From: Octopus vulgaris
Lineage: Eukaryota
Reading direction: 5' to 3'
NCBI GenBank assembly: GCA_951406725.2
Contig: OX597821.1
Coordinates: 39,122,001-39,186,000, forward strand
Length of the DNA: 64,000 nt
Position 1 is the first letter of the stretch. Every line of letters begins with the position of its first letter. Shown here in pieces: positions 13,893-27,057 of the stretch. Both the position numbers and the translations under genes were made by a program. The notes beneath the pieces were generated by a model that was not told the DNA's origin, searched no databases, and worked only from the letters and a program-made list of their open reading frames with translations.

Positions 13893-14030
13893 AGTATGGT
13901 TGTGTGGTTCATAGTTCTGGGTCCAATCCCACTGCACCATACCTTGGGCAAGTGTCTTCTATCATAGCTCCAGGCTGACCAATGTTTTGTGAGTGAATTT
14001 GGTAGATGGAAAATGTGTGGAAGCCTGTTG
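13893..14030 (+). mobile_element. Family C SINE, 5' half
   Basis: gggtccaatccc..accttgggcaagtgtcttctatcatagc..gtgagtgaatttggtagatggaaa..gaagcctgttg, then (TA)n. Confidence 0.7.
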
Positions 14031-14654
14031 TATATATATATATATATATATATATACGCACATCTATATATATGTATATATACATCATCATCACCACCAC
14101 CATCATTTAGTGTCCATTTTCAGTTTAACAAGAGCTGGCAAGACTGGGAGTCACACCAGCTCCATTGTCTGCTTTGGCATAGTTTATAAAGTTTGATGCC
14201 CTTCCTAATGCCAACCACTTTACAGACTGTACTGGGTGCTTTTTATGTGGCACTAGTATCAGGCAAATTGGTGATGAATGATGACTTTAGGAATAAAAGC
14301 AAAACCAAAAACAACAAAAGTAAAAAAAACAACACAGCAAATATATTATATATATATATGTATATATGTGTGTGTGTGTGTATAGTTATTATTCTTAAAG
14401 GAGCTTTACAATTATAGTATGTTATAATATTGAGTGTGTGTGTGTGAGAGTGTGTGTGTGTGTGTGTGTGCATGCATATATGTATGTTTGTGAAGAGATT
14501 TTTGGAAATGATATCTCTATACATTTATGTAGGGTATGTGGGTCTTTTCTTTTGGACATCATCAATAGATGCTGCTACAACCACAGACACTGTAGCCACA
14601 GCAGTACTGATATCAAAGAACATTCAGTATTATAATATCATAACCATTAATATC

Positions 14655-14790
14655 ATTATTATTATTATTATTATTATTATCATTATTATTATTAATATTT
14701 TTATTATTATTATTTATCATCATTATTATTATTATTATTATTATTATCATCATCATCATTATCATTTATCGTTATTATTATTATTATTGT
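14655..14790. repeat. (ATT)n/(CAT)n trinucleotide microsatellite
   Basis: Direct reading. Confidence 0.95.
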
Positions 14791-16143
14791 CAGGACATGG
14801 GGAGGGAATTCATGTCCATGGTGAAGGGGAATTTTTAACAAATGGATGCCTCTAAAGAAAATTGAACAATGAATGCTGAGGTATGTTGTTATGTTCTTGA
14901 TAATGCATTATGTATCAATGTGCGTTTCAAGATGCATGATGCACTATTAAGAATGGTATTGCTTTCTGTTATTGAAATCTTTTCTATATTGCAATGGCTT
15001 TCTGAATCTGGTTGATAAGTTCTTTTTACAAAAGGTCCATAATCAATGCCACAGAAGCAACTGACAGAAAGCACATGGACCAGAGTCTGGAAGATGATGC
15101 GATGATGATGATGATGGTGGCGATGTCCATTTGATAATGTCTGTAAAGTAATAGAGTAAGAAAGGAAGAAAGAAGGTTGGTTGATAGAAAGAGCCAAAAC
15201 AGCAAGAGAGAGGAAAGAAGAGAGAATGACAGAGATTGCAATAGTTGGGGGACATATATAGTTCGAATGAAATGTATCTCCACAGACTTATTCATTGATG
15301 CAAACAAATGTACTTATGTGTATTTTTGTTTGTAAGTGTATTGAAAACATTATTATAAATGTGTGAAGACAGCATGCCAGAGAATGAAAGAGATTACAAA
15401 CAAGAGTGGCTCATACTCCATCAATGGAAGAAAGCTAACTAATTACTAATAATTTGAAAGTCCCTTTTACTTTTAGTTTGCTGAAGCTAGTGATGAGAAG
15501 CGGACAAAGCAATGTTGACAGTTGGAGTAGGCTGTAATATGTACATTTGTGCAAGATCTGTCTAGACGCTGGGGAATTAGACTTTGTACCTGTCAGAGCA
15601 ATACCATTTACTAAGTGAATGCTATTTCAATTGATACAAATATAAATCATACAGAATAATTTCTTGACTAACAGAAACTGCCACTCGTCAAACTGAGAAA
15701 GCCGTTAAGACAAATATAAGCAAACAGCTGTTATGTGATCACTGGTTAGCATTGGTTAAAAACAAAGCTTATTCTGTTGTTTATGGTCACAGGAAACCAG
15801 AATGAAATGATTCTCTGTAAAAATAATTATGACTTTATAAATAAATTTAATTTTTAAAATGTCTCCAATGAAATAGTTGGCAATTAGTTTTGAAATTCCC
15901 TTTTCATTTAAAGAATTCTGTGGAACTGCAATTTGTTATTTTAATCGAGGAATTAGTTCTGATACTTTTATTGCTTTTGGTGGTTTTATTGTCTCACCAA
16001 TCCATGCTGTAAAACGGTCGGCAGTAGCAAGGGTAATTTAAGTGTAAAAAAAAAACAAACAAAAGTAGAGAAACCGATATCCATGACATGCACAATAACA
16101 AAAGTGACTGGTTTATTTTATTCTGTTTTGGTTTGTTTTGATG

Positions 16144-16145
<2 letters not shown>

Positions 16146-16206
<61 letters not shown>
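16146..16206. repeat. (GT)n microsatellite
   Basis: Direct reading. Confidence 0.95.
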
Positions 16207-16210
<4 letters not shown>

Positions 16211-16980
16211 CCTGATGAGAAAAAGACTATGACAAGTGGTGAAACACTGACAGCCATCTGGCCCATGCCAGCATGAAAAACGGAGGTAAAATGATGTTAA
16301 AGATGATGTTGGTAATGAAGCTGATAATGGCAATGATGGTGGCAATGATGATGATGATGATGATGAGGGAGGAAGATGAGAGTGACAGTCATGGTGATGT
16401 CGATGATGACAATGATGATGATGATAGTGGAAGTGGCAACAATATTGATGACGATGATTATCCACCTTGTAATAATTTTCCATATTTGAATTATGAATTA
16501 TATTTTAAAATTCAATTTCTGTGAACTAAAATCCTGTTTGCTGACATTTTGACATTAAATTATTGAAGTGTTCATCTTTCTTCCCTCTGGTTATTAATAT
16601 AAATTTACTAAATATTCCATTTAATGTTAGAAATATTATTTTGTTCTCTCTCCCTTGGCTCACTAAAACTTTGTACGCATTCTCTTCTCTCATATCTTAT
16701 ATATATAAACTTTATGGCGTACATTACAATCATCTTTCTACAAATTCATGTCTTTATGTTGCTACAGATTTATTGCTCTTGTAGTTTCCAGAGTTAAGGA
16801 TTTCTGATATTATCACCACTTATGACTTTCTGTATTATTTATACTCTATGGATTCTGCTAGGATGTTAGATAAAGCAGACTTATCATAAACTCTAAAGGT
16901 AAGAGAATATTAATTAAAGAATGCTGGATATTTTGTCTGACACTAAAATTTCTTCAACCACTTTTATAAGAAAGTGAAAT

Positions 16981-17200
16981 TTAACCCTTTTGTTACCATA
17001 TTTCTGTTGAAATACTCTGCCTTTGTTTCAAGAAATTGTGAAAATAAGGAAGACATTTGTAAAATAACTTTGTCATTATTAAGCTGGTGTTTGGAGCAGA
17101 AGTTTGCACAAAATATTAATGGAAGATTTTAATTTTGATCACTTTAAAATGGAATTTGTATCATAAAACCAAGGTTGTTTTGGAGCAAGTTGGTTTCACA
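16981..17200. mobile_element. Probable piggyBac-type MITE remnant (one end only)
   Basis: Begins TTAA-CCCTTT like the complete element at 39676; no matching right end is visible. Confidence 0.35.
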
Positions 17201-18110
17201 TTTAAAAAATGTGTGAATGGAATAACTGGGCCTTAGCAAAGTTATGATACAATCACTCTGGTAAATTCTGCCTGTTTGACTAAAGGAAATATTAAAAGAA
17301 ATTTCTGAAACTCTGCCTGTTGTTCATGTTCTGGTAATGCCACATTTGATGGATGCAATGGAAAAAGTGATGTGATGCAAATGACACACTGTACAAAGTG
17401 TCAACTAAATGATATCAACATTCTGACTGGTCAACAATGTGGAGCAAGCATGGAAAGAAATGATGTTTTTAAAGCAAGTTAAATATTCACTTGACCTGAA
17501 CTGATCAATGGAGGCCAAAATACTCTTAGGAATTAGTTTAAATTTCTCCTGAATTCTCTCCAGTATTCCTGCAAACATTTGGGGAGGTGGATCTGTTCTT
17601 CACACAAATCTTGGATCTGAGTCATACATACATACATACATACATATGTACATACACATATGTATATATGTATATTTGGCTTTGCACAGACACTCACATG
17701 CACACACCCATACACACACACACACACACGCACACACACACACATACACACACACATCTTAATGTGTGTTTGTATGCAAAGTTTTATCTAAAAATATAAC
17801 ATTAAATAGAATTGTGAAGTATATTTGCCACCTAAATGTGGCAAATATGGTTGTTTATAGCCCCAGGAAGACATCTCCTCAAGCTGGTTAACAACACACT
17901 GTCTGTGTCTGATTAGTATAGAAGGATTACTCAATAATTTCTAATAGAGTTGATGTTTATCAAACTTTTCGCTCAGTTCCCTGTCTTCAGATTGTCTGAT
18001 GGTGGTGACCAAGCTGAAACTTCAAAGCTTATTGTCAAAATTTCCTTGCACACATTATATAGTCATATGTATATATATACACATGCACACACATATGTAT
18101 ATATATATAT

Positions 18111-18450
18111 ATCATCATCATCATCATCATCATCATTTAACGTCCGCTTTCCATGCTAGCATGGGTTGGACGGTTCAACTGGGGTCTGGGGAGCCCGAAA
18201 GCTGCACCAGTCCAGTCAGATCTGGCAGTGTTTCTACAGCTGGATGCCCTTCCTAACGCCAACCACTCCGAGAGTGTAGTGGGTGATTTTATGTGCCACC
18301 GACACAGGTGCCAGACGAGGCTGGCAAACGGCCACGCTCGGATGGTGTTTTTTATGTGCCACCGACACAGGTGCCAGACGAGGCTGGCAGACGGCCACGC
18401 TCGGATGGTGTTTTTATGTGCCACCGACACAGGTGCCAGATGAGGCTGGC
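18111..18450 (-). mobile_element. RTE-clade LINE 3' end (family A), young copy with near-identical ~62-bp tandem units
   Basis: (CAT)n plus the family A body; the unit atgtgccaccgacacaggtgccagacgaggctggca.acggccacgctcggatggtgttttt occurs about 2.5 times. Confidence 0.9.
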
Positions 18451-18481
<31 letters not shown>

Positions 18482-18651
18482 AATGTTGAACAATGAGAAT
18501 GAGTGCTCAACACAACATTGGTGGATAAAATTTCTATATTTGTGTCTTAAGGCTACCATTGGTTTCATGTTAAGAAAAGTATCTTAATATCCTTGCAAGT
18601 TTTCAAGCCGATCACGTGGAGGAATGCTGTTCGTTTCTGTTTTGGATGAAT

Positions 18652-18681
<30 letters not shown>

Positions 18682-18684
<3 letters not shown>

Positions 18685-19830
18685 CAGGTTGAATCAAATG
18701 TCTTCTTGCATTTCAAGCTTCAATTAATAGTTAGAACAAATTTCATACGAAAAGCACTTATTGATCAAAAGATACACCATCATATTCTGTTACGTGTTAC
18801 AATCATTGCGTCAGAAGCTCAATTCGATGCTTACACCATTTGGTCATTTAGAGCAAAAAACATCTCTGCACTCACCTTCAGCCTCATTCACATGGTTGAG
18901 CCTCAGTCCATGCAGGAAATGAGCCATGGTTTGGAGAGTATGGCCATCTGATGGTGCAAGGTTTGGACTGCGGGCTGTGAGAAGCAGCACTTCCAGCCCC
19001 TCAAGTTCCTCCAGTTTGCTCTTGGTCACATTGACAGCATGTGCTGGAGCATTGTGAAGCTGTAAGAATGTGTGTCTTAGACCGACCAATGCCAAGTAGT
19101 GGTTTTTCAAAGCACCATAGACTCACTGCAGTTGTTGAGCATAAAGGTTTGTATTCACAGCATGACCATCTGGGACAGGCTCAAAGTGAAACAGCCCCTC
19201 GTAATTCCGCCAAACTGTGCATGACCTTCTCTTCAAACTGCTTTGATTTGACAACTGGTTCCGAAGCCTGGCCAGAAGGAAACCTCCAATTTCTCTTATT
19301 AGAATTACAAAATTAGATTCAGTTTTCAATGCCAAAGGCAGGCTCCTTGAGGATTTGCTAGCAGTTGTTTGCATTGTTCATATGTTGTTGAGGCTGGTCA
19401 TTGGTAAGTTCATGAGGAAATTTTTGACAGCACCTCTTCATAGGGCTCAGCTTATGGAGTTGACAGTCGATGGTACTTTGAAGGGTCAGATTCTGCTAAC
19501 AACCATTTCAATCAAGGTCTTATCTTCCACAATAGGTCTCCCTGACCCTGGTTTGTCTGTGAGGCTGGTGTTTTCTTCCTTAAAACATCTGAACCAGTTT
19601 TGTGCCACACATTTATTGACAGCACCTGGGCCTTCCATAGCATTACTTTCTTTTTCTGTTGCCCTTGTACTCAGTCAGTTTTTCCACAGGTAGTGTAAAA
19701 TAGCTCCGGTTGCCACTTTTCACCATTCATTATCAAAGCTGTAAAATTAAGAATAAACTATTCAACAACAATTGGACAACAAATTCTATCAAATAAATGA
19801 TGTCACATGGAGATACAAGTTGCCAAAAAC
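18682..19830 (-). mobile_element. Decayed mariner (Tc1/mariner) transposon, transposase pseudogene
   Basis: Minus-strand fragments LHNAPAH (cf. HDNARPH), RSPNLAPSD (cf. YSPDLAPSD), VWRNYEGLFHFE..VNTNLYAQQL, and N-terminal NWFRCFK..DKPGSGRP; stops and frameshifts throughout; the left end abuts (TA)n. The right boundary is approximate. Confidence 0.9.
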
Positions 19831-20182
19831 CATCAGTGAAAATTCGAAAAAAACATATATAATAATATATATATATATACACTCAACTTAGTGTGTGTGT
19901 GTGTGTAATATATGCATATATACATAATTCTGTTCATCCTGGTAATCAAACTTAGTGACATCCACAAAAACTCACTTGGAGTTAATTTAATTCCATCACA
20001 CATATGACATACATCTTTGATAAAAGTGTTGACATATCTCTTTGAGAAAAACAAATCTTAAATCTATTAAGCTGGGAACCAACGTTTAAAATTTTAACTT
20101 TATTATTTTTCAGATGGAATATTTGTTGTTGTGGGAGTACTTTATCTCTTTCTGTTTTTCTTTCCCTCTCTGCACTCACTTA

Positions 20183-20213
<31 letters not shown>

Positions 20214-21117
20214 TGACAAATAGACATACATAGATTTATGTACACATAAATACACACACACAAGCATATTTTGAATGCATTCCTTTATCAGTGATCAGAA
20301 TTAATTGCAAACAAAACACCAATATAGAACCATTAACATAAAAATGTTTTCATAATTGCAGGTGTTAAATGAAACGAAGGCAAAGTTTAACCATTTTTGA
20401 AAATATATACAAATGTTTATAATGAAATATCGAATTCCATGTAGAAACTTAAAAAAAGAATCTTATGAACGTGTTGAAGGATTTGCGTTCAATAGAATAC
20501 TAATAGATTCTATAATTACAGTAGTTCACCTGATAGGTGCTTCAATTATTCTTACTGTGACGTCTAACTTTTAAGGACCAATTTATACTAGCAGCATCTG
20601 ACTTGTAGAATATCGGTTTTTGATTTCATTAATGACCATTTTACTCATGCGATTGATTTAAAACATTTAAAGTGGTGAAAATCTAGTTTGTTTTTCTCTT
20701 TTTTTTTTGAATATGGAAATTATTTTTATTTTAAAGAGATCTGTTCCAGTTTTTCAAAAGGGAACTTCCTACAAAGAAGTATACCAACCACATTGCTGTT
20801 TTGCCTTGTAGGGTTTCAGTTGGCTATTTTTGAGTCCAGGACATTTTTTAAAGTCTTGTATTTATTTTCCCTTTGCTAAACCATGATATTACAGGCCAAT
20901 TGAAAATAGAATTATTTTTCATCTGGTGTCAGCATAATATATATATATATATATATATTTTGTGAAATAGAAAGATGAATAATCTTGTTGCAGATTAATC
21001 AAAAGTTTAACCGATACCTTGGTAGCAAAAATCACAGCAGAAGACAGCACGGTTGGAGGTACAACCATATGGTGTTGCAACCATGCGTTGGTGCGGATAA
21101 TTGAATTTTAATATTAT

Positions 21118-21482
21118 TAGTGAATTGAAGAAATGGAGTTGAACGAAGATTGAACAGAAATCGTTTTATTGCATTCTACACGTGTTTCGAAAGCCACAAT
21201 TTACCAAATTCCGATTGAATAAGGAGACCATATTGTGTCTTTCTCTTCAGGAAGAAATAGGAAATCCGTTGGAAAAAACAAAAACAGAACAGAGGCGGAG
21301 CAAAACAAATCGAACGAGGCTCCTAAGAGCCCATGGCCAAACTGTTTATCAATGTATGTTGAAATCGGGTGGTGGGTGCGTTGAAGATTTTAACAGGTCA
21401 GGCAGCGGTCATTCCGGTGGGTGAGGGCAGAATGCAATAAAACGATTTCTGTTCAATCTTCGTTCAACTCCATTTCTTCAAT

Positions 21483-21488
<6 letters not shown>
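21118..21488 (-). mobile_element. Non-autonomous Penelope-like fold-back element with perfect 60-bp inverted arms
   Basis: 21118-21177 is the exact reverse complement of 21429-21488; CpG-rich interior; contains a hammerhead motif; the right end runs into (TA)n. Confidence 0.8.
21171..21256 (-). ncRNA. Minimal type I hammerhead ribozyme motif with long stem II
   Basis: Minus strand: uuc-CUGAAGA-GAAAGACACAAU-(31 nt)-AUUGUGGCUUUC-GAAA-C-ACGU-G-UA-gaa. Core intact, stem II 11 of 12 pairs, palindromic stem III, GUA cleavage triplet, short stem I. Confidence 0.75.
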
Positions 21489-21530
<42 letters not shown>

Positions 21531-23500
21531 CAATACGGAGCAAATAATTCAGGAGAAAATATTTGGTAAGATATTATTAACTCTGTTATTATCAAGTGTA
21601 ATAATTGATTAATTTAGTCCTTCAGCTATTATATATATATATGTATGTGTGTATGTATGTTTGTGTGTGTTTGTGATATTATGTTTGTTCATATCCCTGT
21701 AACTAAGTTAACCATAGGAGATTGATAGAATAAGTAGCAGGTATTGAAAAAATAAATTCTGGGGCCAATTTGTTTAGCTAAAACTCTTCAAGGTGGTGCC
21801 CCAGCATGGCCACAGTTGAATGACTAAAAGAAGTAAAAGATAAATGATATATATATATATATATATATATATATCCTCACAAACATGTGATCAGCTTTAT
21901 ATACAAATGGTTGTATAAAAGCAAACCTCTTAACCCCATAGCTGCACTTGTGTCCTTACACAGAGTAATTCATGATAAGAAAGTGGATAGAATACCTTCT
22001 GGTATACCAACTCAACTCTTTGATGTCTCAGTTCAAATCCTGCCTAGGCCAACTTTCCTTTCCTTTATCGTTCATCTTTCCAGAGTTAATTAGCAATGCA
22101 CTGAAATCAGGGCAGCGAATTGCTTGAATGATCAGAGTTTTAGCTAAGTTATGTCGTTCTTCCTGTTCTGGTTCTCTGCGTTCAAGTGGTAATGTCTGCA
22201 ACAATACTGGTGCCAAGATTTGTCATCCTTGGCTTTCTCATGGGAAAGTATTGATGCTATCTTGTGATAGCATTGAGAGAAGGGAGTCACATGCTTGTGC
22301 CACTGTTTGTGGCTCAGGCATGTAACAAAACATTCCCCCAGGGCTGTGTCTTGATGCAAGAGCAGTTAAAGGATCAACTAAAATTAGCAAAGAGAAATTT
22401 TAGAGACTAAAAAGAATCTTTTGTGGCTTTAAGATGTAATAAAAGCAAAATGCTTTTCGCATCACTGTCATGATGTTATCTCTTCAAATTCTACAGTTCT
22501 CATGAAGCCATAAATTACACTAATGTATGGGAATGAGCTTGTTTAGTCATTGTATAATGAATATGATATCCAATCTAAAATCGGAGGTGTGTACAAACAC
22601 ATAAATATACCGCATGTTTCAAGAGAAATTTACTTCTTAAAGTGAGAATAATAATTTCATTTAAAAATATAAACTAGAGTAAAATTTTAATATCCCATTC
22701 TCTGTCTGACCATTATTTGATATAAATATTTATTTAATTACATTTGCTGAATACTGAGTACATAGACGAGCAAATTTTTCATAGAGTTATGGGATAATAA
22801 ATTTACAAACCATACTGCTTTTAACTAGTTGTGTTTACTCAGTTGTAATTGTCAGCTTGTTCTGTTAACATACAACTGTCTGAATTTATGTATTTAATTA
22901 AATACAGTTGATTAATTTGAGAGGAGAATAATCCATTGATAAATGGCTTGATATATCATGTGTAGTTCTGTCTCATGAGACATTGCATTTGATCTCAGTC
23001 ACCTAAACTACTTCTTCATTGAGAAAGTCTTATGAAACCAAGACTGATCCAAACTTCTCAGAATAGTGCCATGATCAGACCAATTTCCATTGCACTACTT
23101 CTATGCTATTTCAAATTGTAATTAAATAAATTATCAAAATTATTTCCCTTGTCTTTTTCAACCAGAATTAATCATTAACCTAATGACATTTAGCCTTAAC
23201 TGTGAGTTATAATTAGTTCAGATTTCTTGGCTCATTACCCTAAATGTTTACCATTTTTAACTATAGTGGCACTGTCCAAGTGACGAATGCAGTTGAAGAC
23301 TGAACTCTTTACTGGACACAGTATAGGAAATGAGAAACCACAATAGCACAATTCATGGAAATTATTCAAATCACTTTGAAGGGAAAAATTTTTTCCTGTT
23401 GTGTGAGGTTGCTGAAATAAAGTAAAAATGAGAACTTATTAATTTTCTCTAATTTAACAACAATATTTATGCTAATTGACTTCTATGATATCAGAAACTA

Positions 23501-23501
<1 letters not shown>

Positions 23502-23543
<42 letters not shown>

Positions 23544-23624
23544 TACATATATATATATACATATATATATACATATATGCATATGTATATATATATATAT
23601 GTATATATTTATGTATATATATAC

Positions 23625-23658
<34 letters not shown>

Positions 23659-23697
23659 GTATATATGTATGTATGTATATACATATGTGTATATGTA

Positions 23698-23738
<41 letters not shown>
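23502..23738. repeat. (TA)n-rich compound microsatellite
   Basis: Direct reading. Confidence 0.95.
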
Positions 23739-23742
<4 letters not shown>

Positions 23743-23790
23743 AAAAAAAAGTCAAGGTAGAAAATGCTAAGATAATTTTATAAAAAACAT

Positions 23791-23830
23791 TTCAGTACCA
23801 GTTTCGGACATTGAGACTTTTTCAACTGTA
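23791..23830 (-). ncRNA. Degenerate minimal hammerhead remnant (U3-A8 variant core)
   Basis: Minus strand: cag-UUGAAAA-agucucaaugucc-GAAAC-UG-GUA-cug. Stem I cag/cug; stem II damaged. Confidence 0.45.
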
Positions 23831-23992
23831 AGTATGGAAGACAATTAAATTTTGGAAAAATCAAAAGAAATTTTTTTAAAAGAATATTAGCATAGTGTTC
23901 AAATAGATGAGGCATCTTCCTTGTTTCTGCCTGTTTCTGTCTCTCATGTTTCTGTAGAGAGAGAGAGAGAGAGATAAACATATTTTTTGTGT

Positions 23993-24168
23993 TTTTACTT
24001 CTTTCAGTCATTTGACTGTGGCCATACTGAAACACTGACTCGAAAGGTTTTTAGTTGACCAAATTGACCCCAGGACTTATTTTATTTTTTTAAGCCTAGT
24101 ACTTATTCTATCAGTCTCTTTTGCTAAACTACTAAGTTACAAGGATATAAACATACCAACACTGGTCG
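23993..24168 (-). mobile_element. Family C SINE, tail half
   Basis: tttactctttcagtcatttgactgtggccatactg..aattgaccccaggacttatt..ctaagttac, matching 9557-9715. Confidence 0.75.
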
Positions 24169-24249
24169 TCTCTTCCTTGCTCTGTCTGTCTGTCTGTCTC
24201 TGTCTCTCTCTCACTCTTTCTCTGTATATATATATATATATATATATAT

Positions 24250-24650
24250 AGGGAGGGTTTACGAAAAAAACAAAAGACGAAGACAGGTGGTGTACAAAAC
24301 AAACAGATGTATTAGTATAACTCTCAGGAATAGAAAAAGTCTTTTATGTTTCGAGCCTACGCTCTTCTACAGAAAGGGAATCAGAAAAAACAAGGAGAGA
24401 AAAAAAATGTGTGTAGTGGCTAACAATCTATCATATCCATAGTCAAAACGAAAATTAAAGATGATGAAACAGCAAAAGTCAAAAGGATGTACATATGGAA
24501 TGTATTAGCTTGACGCTCAGTATGAGTTGGAAGAAAGAGTGGGTGTATAATGTTTTGAGCATGGCTCTTCATCAGAAAGAGGAGAGAGGAAAAGTCCAGA
24601 GGAGGAAAAAGGGTCCTAGAGAAGCACATATGTGGTTACATGAATGAAAT
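24250..24650 (-). mobile_element. Penelope-like non-coding repeat: two related units in tandem, each with a compact hammerhead-like motif, inside (TA)n
   Basis: Unit 1 matches 42838-43025. Minus-strand motifs cttt-CTGTAGA-a-gagc-gtag-gctc-GAAA-ca-TA-aaag (24338-24378) and cttt-CTGATGA-a-gagc-cat-gctc-aAAAC (24550-24580). Confidence 0.6.
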
Positions 24651-24664
24651 CATATATATATATT

Positions 24665-24870
24665 TTTTATTTGTTTCAGTCATTTGATTGTGGCCATACT
24701 GGAGCACTGCCTTTAGTCAAACAAATTGACCCCCAGAACTTATTCTTTGTAAGCCATGTATCAGTCTCTTTTGCTGAACCGCTGTGATGTGGGGACATAA
24801 ACACACCAACACCGGTTGTCAAATGATGTTAGGGTGACAAACACAGACACAAATTTACACACACACACAA
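24665..24870 (-). mobile_element. Family C SINE, tail half
   Basis: tttgtttcagtcatttgattgtggccatactggagcactgcc..aattgacccccagaacttattctttgtaagc. Confidence 0.75.
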
Positions 24871-25859
24871 GTATATATTATATGGAAAAAAAAGTGAGCA
24901 AGAGAAATAATATTTAATAATGAAAGGTTGTTCTGCAAAAGCAAACTTTGCCACAGTTCAGAATTGATAGTGTCTGGGCCAGAGAAAGCTTACCAGTGTT
25001 CAATAGAGTAATCTGAAAGAATTTGTCATATTCCCAAAGACTGGTGTACATCTCTGTAGAGGGATATGGTTAAGAGTTTCTCAAGAACTGTTTTGGTGTT
25101 CATTGTTTCATGGAACAGACACAATTAAGACCAGTCAATTTGTTCATTTTGCATTTCAATGCAAACATTTCTGTTGATTAACAACTAGTTTATAAGAAAA
25201 GGTGTCATAAGGGACTTTGAACACGAGACAAATATCTCTTATTTAAATGTCAGGAGAAATTATTCTTAGTCACATGAACTACATTGCAAAAAAATATTGT
25301 TCTACACTTCCCTTGTAGAAATGTTAAAGAGGAGAACATCATCCATAGTGTTGTGTTGTCTGATATTTTAAATAGCTCTGAGTGGAATGGAAAATTGTTT
25401 ATGGCATTTCATGTGATGTTGAATAAATGTCTCCAAAAATGCATGTTATCTTTCCAGAATTAATTAGAGTTACTTGCCAACATTTTATTGCAAATATATC
25501 TATCTAATCTATGAAAATTACTTTGCAGCACTGTACCGAACATCACTGTGTAATGACTTGCAGGAATTGTTTTCAATTATTCTATCATATTTGGTTTTTG
25601 TTAAAAGTCTTCGACTATAAATATAAAATTAATTACTTTTAATTTGCCTCACTGAAAGGAATGAACTATTTTCCTTAAAATGTTTTATTACAAGAAGAAA
25701 AGTAAACAAATATGCAGAATGTTTTTGACGTAAAATGACTTTAGAAATTGGTTTCAAAAGCAGACGTATATTAGTTATAAAAATAGCAGTAATTCCTTGC
25801 AACAACATATCGGTTTATAACATATATATATATACCCTGGTATTTTCTGTTTCTTAATT

Positions 25860-26066
25860 TAGGGAAGAGGGAAAGGAGGGAGGGGGAGGAGGAAGGAGAG
25901 AAAAGAGGACAAAGAGAGAAGAGGAAGGGAAGGCGAGAGAAGGACAAGGAAAGAGAGGGGAAGACAAGGAATGAGAGAGGAGGAGGGAGAAGGAGAAAGG
26001 AGGAGGCAGAGGAGGGAGAAGGAGAAAGGAGGAAAGAGAGAGAGGAGGAAGGAGAAAGGTGGTGGA
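25860..26066. repeat. Polypurine (GA/GGA-rich) low-complexity tract
   Basis: About 200 nt almost entirely A/G. Confidence 0.9.
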
Positions 26067-27017
26067 AGTACAGCAACCATAAATTTGTTTATTTCCCACA
26101 ATGTTCAACAAATAAAATAGTTGAAGGATGCTGAAATTATAGAAAGGTTTCTAAAATGTCATAGATCCATGGATGGAGACATTCATATAAATATCTACAG
26201 CCATTCAAGGTTGGCAGACCCAGGAATCGATAAATTGGTAGCAGAAAAAAAAGCAGTTGCAAACAGCTTCCATTGTATCTGTGTTCAGACATGGCTGTGT
26301 TGTTTAGAAGATTGCTTCACACTTCACAACCACATGGTTCCAAGTTTCATTGCAAGAGGATCAGCATAATGGACAAGTGTCCTCCATTGTAGCCTCAGAA
26401 TGATCAATTCCCCATCAGTGACAGCGCCTGTAGAAGCCCGCACTAGAGTGTGACCTGTCACGTGATAGGTAACTGTGCAAGGAAACTTTGGTTGAATGGC
26501 AGGAAATATGCATACAAATATGTACATTGATTATAATTTAACTTTTATTAAGTTTCTTGGAGTCCACATAAAATGAAGAAATAAATATCAATTTTCAAAA
26601 GAAAATATTTATTACCTTAAAATAAAATAAAACAATATTAAAAAAAAATAAAGAAAAATTGTAAACAAAATTGCTCTCCATGTTGATTATATATTACTGG
26701 AATTCTCACACCCTCACCCTCTATCTACCTGTCCCTCTCTCTCACTCTTCCTCTTTCTCACACATACACATACTTATAGACACATGCACACACATATTCA
26801 TACTTACAGACACATGCACACACATACATACATATATGCATACACACATAAATACATACAATCTCGCCTTCTCTGTCTCTACCACTCATTTGCTCATTGC
26901 CTACCACCAAGCCTTATATGTGCACACGTCCTGCATCTCTCATGCTAATTCTCTCTCTCTTTATGCAATGTAAAGCATTTTCTTAGAAATCAACTAACCA
27001 CCATGTAAACTGGCTAG

Positions 27018-27057
<40 letters not shown>

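Noticed and set aside
21118-21488. Interpretation as an ordinary Tc1/mariner MITE with TA TSD
   Set aside because: Not fully excluded, since both ends are TA. The intact hammerhead, the AATAAA-containing arm and the arm boundary at the cleavage site favour a Penelope-like origin.
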